Shown here: positions 36,924-43,731 of the stretch, piece after piece
How the letters are laid out: each line of letters begins with the position of its first letter
How positions within the stretch are numbered: position 1 is the stretch's first letter
Program-made: the position numbers and the translations under genes
The notes under the pieces: model-generated
Seen by the model: only the letters and a program-made list of their open reading frames with translations
Databases searched by the model: none
What the model was told of the DNA's origin: nothing
From: a virus
Taxonomy: Duplodnaviria; Caudoviricetes
Virus record (IMG/VR): IMGVR_UViG_3300021387_000072
Location: 32,001-96,000 of that record
Length of the DNA: 64,000 nucleotides
Direction: 5' to 3' (one strand)

Positions 36924-37115
36924 ATGAGTAAAATAAGAAAAGTATATATGCTTGTTTACGATGGTACAGATCTTGTTGACATCGCATATTCCAAAGGCAA
37001 AGCAAAGCTCATGGTAAAACATGAATATCCTTACTGCGATATCATAGAAGGATATATGGAAATCAATGACAATAAGAAAACAAACAAAGCAGCGGATGAT
37101 GAGTTGCCATTCTGA
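36924..37115 (+). CDS. Small protein ending in DDELPF
   Basis: AAAGGAG RBS before ATG at 36924. Confidence 0.6.
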   Translation: MSKIRKVYMLVYDGTDLVDIAYSKGKAKLMVKHEYPYCDIIEGYMEINDNKKTNKAADDELPF

Positions 37116-37185
37116 TATGGACATAAAGGTTATATGCAGTTCGATTCTGCAATGTCTGCTTAAATAATAAAAAGGAGAAGTTATT

Positions 37186-38598
37186 ATGCCGTTTTCAAAA
37201 GAAGTAAGATATAGCAAAATACTCGAAGACTGGGCAGAAGTGCCTAACATTGAGTATATCAACAGAAACGATCATATGGCAGATAAAACGTTTCTGATCA
37301 CAGCGAAACTGATTGCAAGACCCCGTATGAAAGAAGATGAAGATGTTCTTTCTATCTACAATTTTGGATATGAACATGAAGGTAGCTTTATCAATCATAT
37401 TGAAACGCTTACCACTAATATGATGAACTGCTCGAAAATCATCTTCTTTGAAATTGAAAATGAATCCATAGAGGCATATGTGCCGCCTGAAGGATGCGAT
37501 GAACTTGAAGATATTGAGTTCTACCTGAATACTCAGTCCATAGCATCAAAGAAAAACAGGTTGAGGATATTCGTTAACAATAGCAAAAGATACACAATTG
37601 TAATTCAGAATACAATATATGCAGAAAATATGCATATATTCTCCGGATACATTGCAAGACTTTTGCCTTGGCTTTTCGAAGACAAGCCTCTTGATAACCT
37701 TGAGAAAGAATACCTCAATGCTCTTGGCGGTGATAGCGTCTCATATTATATTGAGAAACTTGAAAAACTAATCAACAGAGACAACTACTTCTATAAGATG
37801 TATCTCAACGCATCACTTAAGGATTTCAATAAAGTAGTCAAGGATCTGCAGAAAAAGAAAGTTACCGAACAGATCAGAAGATTAAACGAAGAAATTGAAA
37901 AGAATAAACAGGCTCTTGTTTCCATGTATCATTCCAAGAATGAACTGAACTTTAAGTACTCGGCGATCAACAGCAGCAATCCTGAAGGAAATGCGTTGCT
38001 TGAGTATTTCTGTAATGACAATACGCTCAAACTTGATAATATTGATGTCAGTGCCGGTGCTATTCAGTTCAAGGTGCTTTCTACTCTGTCTCAGTGGGAT
38101 GATGAAGTACTTGAAACCATGATCAATGATGAGTGGTCTATCATCAATGGGGATTCGCCTGAATGGGATCCTGATGATTTGACTCCAGAAGCCAGGAATT
38201 ATACTGAAGAAGAGTATAGAAGAGAATTCTTCAATATGCTTCTGCGGAATGAAATCAAGATCAGGGTTTCCGCACTGTATACATTGTATATCAATGATTA
38301 TATAGTACGCGGCAGTGACGGAGCCACTGAAACATATATTGGTAATCCTCATCTCAAATTCTATAACTGTCTTGGGGAATACGAATATAAGATCAATGAA
38401 TGCCTCAGCCAGAACAGGGTTATAGATGCAATACAGCTCTGTCAGATGTCGGCAAGTTCTATCAATGTAGCAGAGAATGCAACAATGAACAGATTCATTG
38501 AAGATATTTTCAACAATTCTGTTGAGAATAAGATCATTGAATACAAAGGCGAAATTATCTCTCCCGCAGAACTTACGAATTATATGAACATTGATTAA
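37186..38598 (+). CDS. Coiled-coil protein with a C-terminal prokaryotic E2-like (Ubl-conjugating) domain
   Basis: GNPHLKFYNCLG matches the (H/N)PH...CLG active-site pattern; operon context. Confidence 0.55.
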   Translation: MPFSKEVRYSKILEDWAEVPNIEYINRNDHMADKTFLITAKLIARPRMKEDEDVLSIYNFGYEHEGSFINHIETLTTNMMNCSKIIFFEIENESIEAYVPPEGCDELEDIEFYLNTQSIASKKNRLRIFVNNSKRYTIVIQNTIYAENMHIFSGYIARLLPWLFEDKPLDNLEKEYLNALGGDSVSYYIEKLEKLINRDNYFYKMYLNASLKDFNKVVKDLQKKKVTEQIRRLNEEIEKNKQALVSMYHSKNELNFKYSAINSSNPEGNALLEYFCNDNTLKLDNIDVSAGAIQFKVLSTLSQWDDEVLETMINDEWSIINGDSPEWDPDDLTPEARNYTEEEYRREFFNMLLRNEIKIRVSALYTLYINDYIVRGSDGATETYIGNPHLKFYNCLGEYEYKINECLSQNRVIDAIQLCQMSASSINVAENATMNRFIEDIFNNSVENKIIEYKGEIISPAELTNYMNID

Positions 38599-38669
38599 AC
38601 AACAGACCGCATAAGGACATTGCATATCCAAAAGCAATGTCCTTATGCATACAGAGTGAGGAATATGAA

Positions 38670-39650
38670 ATGCAGAAGAAATTAAGGCACTTCACACATA
38701 CTGATCTCGATGGTGTAAGCTGTTCCGCTATCGCAAAACTCTATGTAATAGTAGAAAAAATGATGGAATACTCTCCTGAAGACTACACAGACGTAACCAA
38801 GGCAGAGTATGAAGCGGAATATATGGAGTATTTTACCATTAATGAAAAAGTAAATAGATGGATTGATGAAAGACGGTATGAATCCGAAAATCTGCTGATC
38901 ACAGACATCTCGATCAATGAAGAAACCGCTGAAAGACTGGATCAAATTATCAAAGAAGACTCAAATCGCAAGATCGTCCTGCTTGATCATCATCAGACTG
39001 CGGAATTCCTGAACAAGTATGACTGGGCCACAGTCGAAGTAAGTGATGATACATGCGGAACCAAGCTCACTAAGGAATATCTGTTCAATGAAGGTGTTCC
39101 GGTGCTTGAATCATTCGTTCATGCGGTAACTCAGTATGACAACTACAAGCATGATAAAGACTATCTCAGTCTGCCAAAGATCCTGAATCATCTCTGCTAT
39201 CTGGTAGACCACGAAATGTTCATGGATATCGTGGATGATATTCTGATCATGCAGGATCGCGACGAATTCTCTATCGACAATAAGATACTTTACAATGCCA
39301 TTGAGAACAAGGAAACAAAGAACAATCTTTATGCCGAAAGAAAGGCAAATGAAGTCATTATCGTGAAAGACGGTGACTACAATGTCGGCGTGGTATTTGC
39401 TGAAAATAATCTTTCACTTGTCGGCAATAAGATTATTGAAAACTATTGCGGTGCAATCGACTACGCCGCAATCATCAACATGAGCAACAAGACAGTACAT
39501 CTCAGAGGCGGTGACAGATCGCCGAATCTCGGCCTTGAAATTGCAAAGCCAAGAGGCGGTGGCGGTCATGCTAAAGCAGCTTCCTACAGAATTGATATGA
39601 ATGATGAATTCACTACTACACTCATCAATAGACTGCTCAAAGGAGAATAA
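38670..39650 (+). CDS. DHH/DHHA1 phosphoesterase
   Basis: THTDLDG, ITD, LDHH and GGGGHAKAA motifs. Confidence 0.85.
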   Translation: MQKKLRHFTHTDLDGVSCSAIAKLYVIVEKMMEYSPEDYTDVTKAEYEAEYMEYFTINEKVNRWIDERRYESENLLITDISINEETAERLDQIIKEDSNRKIVLLDHHQTAEFLNKYDWATVEVSDDTCGTKLTKEYLFNEGVPVLESFVHAVTQYDNYKHDKDYLSLPKILNHLCYLVDHEMFMDIVDDILIMQDRDEFSIDNKILYNAIENKETKNNLYAERKANEVIIVKDGDYNVGVVFAENNLSLVGNKIIENYCGAIDYAAIINMSNKTVHLRGGDRSPNLGLEIAKPRGGGGHAKAASYRIDMNDEFTTTLINRLLKGE

Positions 39651-39652
39651 TT

Positions 39653-40483
39653 ATGTGTCCGTTTAAAATGACAAAAGATCTTTATGATCAGGTTATTTCT
39701 GAGATTTCTTCCAAGCTTCTGAATATGAAGATGGCAGATGGAAGAATCTCTTATGAACTCAAACTCAAAAAGGATACCGAAGGACCTTCGATTGGTATCA
39801 TCTTCTCTATGCAGGCATATATCAAAATGACTGCACTGATCAATGTATACGAAACAGAAGTAGGCTGGAGGGGCCTGGTACAGAAAATCGATGATAAGAA
39901 CTATTATATCTATGATATTCTGATGTACCCCCAATATATTACAGCCACGACAGTGACAACCAAGGAAGAAGAATACAACGATTGGATGGACAAGCTGGAT
40001 GATGAAAGCTTCCAGGATCTTCGTTTCTATGGTCATTCCCATGTGAATATGGGTACTGAACCATCCGCTGTTGATATGGATGAAAGACAGAGGATCGTCG
40101 ATCAGATGAACGATGAAGACTTTGTTCTCTTCGGCATCTTCAACAAGCGTGGTGACTTCAACTTCACACTGTATGATTCCAAGACTGGTATGATGTATGA
40201 CAGGCATGACATCTTCTATTATGTCGAACTTGAAGATGGCAATTCTCTGCATCTCTTCCTTGAAGACGCTCTCAAGTATACCAAGAAGGAAGAAAAGAAG
40301 CCTGAAGCACTCCGTGTCATGGGTGACAGCAAAAGCAAAAAGAAAAAAGACAAAAGTGAAAAGAAATCCTACTATAACGGATATTATTACGAAGACTCTG
40401 ATGATGATTACGAAGTTGACTACAAATATACACAACATGAATACGGATATGATAAAGGAACTGGCTATTCATATCCCTTCTAA
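39653..40483 (+). CDS. JAB/MPN+ metalloprotease (Ubl-processing or deconjugating peptidase)
   Basis: EVGW glutamate and GHSHVNMGTEPSAVD (HxH-x7-S-x2-D) motif. Confidence 0.85.
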   Translation: MCPFKMTKDLYDQVISEISSKLLNMKMADGRISYELKLKKDTEGPSIGIIFSMQAYIKMTALINVYETEVGWRGLVQKIDDKNYYIYDILMYPQYITATTVTTKEEEYNDWMDKLDDESFQDLRFYGHSHVNMGTEPSAVDMDERQRIVDQMNDEDFVLFGIFNKRGDFNFTLYDSKTGMMYDRHDIFYYVELEDGNSLHLFLEDALKYTKKEEKKPEALRVMGDSKSKKKKDKSEKKSYYNGYYYEDSDDDYEVDYKYTQHEYGYDKGTGYSYPF

Positions 40484-40494
40484 GGAGAAATGAC

Positions 40495-41169
40495 ATGAAT
40501 ATCGTAAAGTCTTACAGCTTTTTCCAGCCTGAAACACTGAATGAACGCATTCATATCATCGGCTGTGGTGCTATCGGCTCCACAGTCGCTGAGAATCTTG
40601 TGAGATTCGGCATACAGAAAATTTCTCTGTATGACTTTGATACGGTAGATGATCATAATATCGCAAATCAGATTTATACCATGGATGACATCGGCAAGAA
40701 TAAGATTGACGCTCTTGCCGACCATCTTATGAGTATCAATCATGATCTGAAGCAACCCGGCACTATCAAACTTGTGCCGGGTTACTTCAATCAGAGACTG
40801 AGCGGTTATGTGATCCTTGCCGTGGATAACATTGATCTGAGAAGACAGATTGTTGAAGCAAACTATAACAATCTGAATATCAAGGCAATGTTTGACTACA
40901 GACTGCGCCTTGTTGATGCACAGCATTATGCGGCAGACTGGTCCAAAGACAGTGACAAAGAAAATTTCCTTGCCTCCATGCAGTTTACACATGAGGAAGC
41001 TATGGCAAATACACCTGTAAGCGCATGCAATATGACGCTTTCCGTATGTCCAACAGTAAGAGCAATCTGCGCTCTTGGCGTAGCCAATATGATCAACTTC
41101 ATTAAAGACAGTACATTGAAAAATATTATACTACTCAATGCATTTGATTTCACGATTGATACATACTAA
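40495..41169 (+). CDS. ThiF/E1-like activating enzyme
   Basis: IIGCGAIGS, DFDTV..HNIANQ, K..AL and AVDN motifs; candidate catalytic Cys in PVSACN. Confidence 0.85.
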   Translation: MNIVKSYSFFQPETLNERIHIIGCGAIGSTVAENLVRFGIQKISLYDFDTVDDHNIANQIYTMDDIGKNKIDALADHLMSINHDLKQPGTIKLVPGYFNQRLSGYVILAVDNIDLRRQIVEANYNNLNIKAMFDYRLRLVDAQHYAADWSKDSDKENFLASMQFTHEEAMANTPVSACNMTLSVCPTVRAICALGVANMINFIKDSTLKNIILLNAFDFTIDTY

Positions 41170-41181
41170 TGAGGTAATGAC

Positions 41182-42357
41182 ATGCCATACATTACACGAA
41201 AAATCAAACTTTACAGAAAGGGTAAGAACTTGCCGTCATATGCCGATCTCATTGACGGCAAGTTTGATCTTTCAAAGACCACACCTACTACGTATAGATT
41301 TCTTCCGACTACATATACCAGATGGTCCGAATATAAAATAGATGGACCACAGAGCGAGGTATATAACAGAAAGAAGTTTGCAGAAAGAATAGACAGATTA
41401 TTCTATTCTGTCTACGGTAAATACGTTGATACGGATGACTGTATGATCGGCATTCAAGATTATAATAATTATTTGATTCCAAAGAAGTCAGGCGGTCAGA
41501 GAGTTATCAGTGAACCGAATTCAGATCTCAAAAGAAAACAGTATGAAATTATTAACCTTTTCAATTATATTGCAAGGCATCATGAGACCAAACTGTATCA
41601 TGCTGCAGCATATGCGTATATTGAAGACAGAAGCATTGTCAATTGTCTGAACAAACATAAGGCAAATGAATCCAACTGGTTCCTTAAGCTCGATATCAAA
41701 GACTGCTTTGGTTCAACAAATTATAATATGGTTGTTGAGCAGTTATCCAAGATTTATCCGTTCAATGATATTCTGAATCCTTACCAGTCTTATTACTATT
41801 CGTTCACAAGGAATCATTTCAAGCAGGTTTTAAAGGTATGCTTCCTCAGTGACAGCCTGCCTCAGGGTGCTCCTACAAGTCCAATGCTTCTTAACCTGAT
41901 GATGATTCCGTTTGATTACGAGCTTGCAAAACAGCTTAACAGCAAAGGTTTCGTCTATACCAGATATGCCGATGATATTATTATCAGCCATAAGTATAAG
42001 TTTGATTTCAGGGAAATCACAAATATCGTTGAAGAGACTTTCCGGAAGAATAACTATACTTATATAATCAATAAGGATAAGATTCGGTATGGATCTAGAG
42101 CTGGAAGAAACTGGAATCTCGGGCTTATGCTGAATAAGGATAATCAGATTACCATTGGCTGGAGAAAGAAGAAAGAATTCAAAGCCTTGCTGACAAAAGT
42201 CTGCTTTGAAAAAATATTGTCATGCAGTGAAATTAATAAAATCAATGGGCTTATTTCGTATTACAAAATGATTGACAAGCCTTATACAGAATATATAATT
42301 GATCATATTGGTTCAAAATTCAAAGTGGATTTGCACGAAAAATTAAGGGTGGTGTAA
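41182..42357 (+). CDS. Retron-type reverse transcriptase
   Basis: IPKKSGGQRVISEP, region X-like AYAYIEDRSIVNCLNKH, LDIKDCF, LPQGAPTSP, YTRYADD; region Y variant NLGL instead of VTGL; no maturase or endonuclease domain. Confidence 0.9.
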   Translation: MPYITRKIKLYRKGKNLPSYADLIDGKFDLSKTTPTTYRFLPTTYTRWSEYKIDGPQSEVYNRKKFAERIDRLFYSVYGKYVDTDDCMIGIQDYNNYLIPKKSGGQRVISEPNSDLKRKQYEIINLFNYIARHHETKLYHAAAYAYIEDRSIVNCLNKHKANESNWFLKLDIKDCFGSTNYNMVVEQLSKIYPFNDILNPYQSYYYSFTRNHFKQVLKVCFLSDSLPQGAPTSPMLLNLMMIPFDYELAKQLNSKGFVYTRYADDIIISHKYKFDFREITNIVEETFRKNNYTYIINKDKIRYGSRAGRNWNLGLMLNKDNQITIGWRKKKEFKALLTKVCFEKILSCSEINKINGLISYYKMIDKPYTEYIIDHIGSKFKVDLHEKLRVV

Positions 42358-42359
42358 GT

Positions 42360-42842
42360 ATGGAAAAGGAAGTACTGGAAAGAATTACAAAGATCTTCTT
42401 CAAAAACAATGAATTTATCAATGTTACAGATGAAGTAATTGCAAAAGGTAAGCCGTATCTTAATTCTTTAAAAAGTCTTCTTCCGCATTATCCAAGTTTG
42501 AATGCAATGGAATATAATGAAAAATTAGTATCTGATGTAAGCAGGATGCTGAATCAAGATGCATCATATCTCATGAGAAAATATCTTAACGAAAATATAA
42601 AATTCAGAATTACAAGAATTAATACTGATATTGTTCCGGATAAATATCTTACGATATATGATGTACAGTGTCAGAACGCATATAGACTTATGGAACTTGA
42701 AGAAGATGTAAGATATGAAGAACTGAAAGATGATACAAGATATTATTGGATCAGTTTTGAAAACAGACCATTGAATCAGAATGAAAAAATATTGGAAATT
42801 GTACCTAAATGGTGGAAAGATGTAAAATTCTGGAAAGAATAA
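42360..42842 (+). CDS. Orphan 160-aa protein, candidate RT partner or effector
   Basis: Starts 2 nt after the RT stop; its own stop overlaps the first ncRNA unit. Confidence 0.7.
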   Translation: MEKEVLERITKIFFKNNEFINVTDEVIAKGKPYLNSLKSLLPHYPSLNAMEYNEKLVSDVSRMLNQDASYLMRKYLNENIKFRITRINTDIVPDKYLTIYDVQCQNAYRLMELEEDVRYEELKDDTRYYWISFENRPLNQNEKILEIVPKWWKDVKFWKE

Positions 42843-43003
42843 TAAATTGATTTCAAAGTATACTATCGAAAGATAGAGTTCTTGGTTTTATCAGAACTTT
42901 CAAATTATGAGGATTCTCCTGGGAGCGTCCGCAGCTCGCCGCAAGCGGCGAGCTGCTCATCTCCCAGGATTGAAAGATATAAATAAGTTTGAATCAATTT
43001 ATT
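42841..43003 (+). ncRNA. Retron-like msr-msd unit 1
   Basis: Inverted repeats 42841-42857/42988-43003; G42858; stem-loop a CTATC-GAAA-GATAG; stem-loop b AGTTCT-TGGTTTTATC-AGAACT; GC hairpin 42917-42969. Confidence 0.75.
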
Positions 43004-43005
43004 TA

Positions 43006-43178
43006 TGTATTTGTGATATCAAGTTATTGAATGACTGCTTACAGATCATTACCTTTTTGGTTTTATCAGAAGGAATACAGTATAAGCCGATATGGACAAG
43101 CGCGCCCTATTTCAGGCTACCGCCTGAAGCCGGGCGCGCTTTCCTAGAAGAAATAAATTAGTTGATGTAGCAAATACA
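43006..43178 (+). ncRNA. Retron-like msr-msd unit 2
   Basis: Inverted repeats 43006-43022/43162-43178; G43023; stem-loop a AATGA..TCATT; stem-loop b CCTTTT-TGGTTTTATC-AGAAGG; GC hairpin 43098-43141. Confidence 0.8.
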
Positions 43179-43184
43179 AATTCA

Positions 43185-43323
43185 TTATTCTATCAAGTTA
43201 TTGAATGCAACAGCATTATCTTTCTGGTTTTATCGAAAGAATGAGAACGTTTGGTCTACGCAGCCCGCCTCCCCAGGGTTAGGCGGGCTGCGTTGGGAAG
43301 AAATAAATTAGTTGATAGAATAA
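43185..43323 (+). ncRNA. Retron-like msr-msd unit 3
   Basis: Perfect 12-bp inverted repeats 43185-43196/43312-43323; G43197; stem-loop a AATGC-AACA-GCATT; stem-loop b TCTTTC-TGGTTTTATC-GAAAGA; GC hairpin 43258-43293. Confidence 0.8.
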
Positions 43324-43335
43324 AGGTTATCAATA

Positions 43336-43611
43336 CTATGGTTTTATAAATGTTTGATTATCAAGATATTGAATGACTATTGGACATCATGAAACCTGAA
43401 AAAAGGACACATGCAAGTTAAGGGAAATGATCCCTAAAGTCCGTATTTAAGTTTCAGGGTATTGTTGTTACGTCATTATCTTCCTGGTTTTATCGGAAGA
43501 GATTAAGAAGTAAGTGGTGCGGATCCGTCTACGCGGCGCGATGACGGATCCGCATGATAAGAAATAAATTAGTTGATAAAACAAACATTTATCAACGATT
43601 AAAAACCATAG
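43336..43611 (+). ncRNA. Retron-like msr-msd unit 4 (94-nt loop in stem-loop a)
   Basis: Inverted repeats 43346-43364/43573-43592, extended by 43336-43345/43602-43611; G43365; stem-loop a AATGAC..GTCATT; stem-loop b TCTTCC-TGGTTTTATC-GGAAGA; GC hairpin 43518-43554. Confidence 0.8.
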
Positions 43612-43635
43612 GAATGACAAGTAAAAACAATTCGG

Positions 43636-43680
43636 AAAATTTCTCCTCATTCGAGAATTGCTATAATGGGAGAAGAGAAG
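43636..43680 (+). promoter_or_regulatory. Conserved promoter/operator motif, copy 4, upstream of RNA polymerase 2
   Basis: AAAATTTCTCCTCATTCGAGAATTGCTATAATGGGAGAAGAGAAG, identical to copy 1. Confidence 0.7.
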
Positions 43681-43731
43681 CCCATCGAGGGAGAAGCAAA
43701 ACAGACCACGGACAATATGGAGGTGGTTCTG

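Noticed and set aside
41182-42357. RT read as a DGR or group II intron RT
   Set aside because: No TR/VR pair with adenine-specific mismatches, no recognisable Avd, and no maturase or intron domain V/VI seen; region X/Y-like motifs and the RNA layout fit a retron.
42841-43611. Array read as a CRISPR array
   Set aside because: The conserved parts are several short blocks linked by long-range pairing, not identical 23-47-bp repeats with unique spacers; no cas genes are present.
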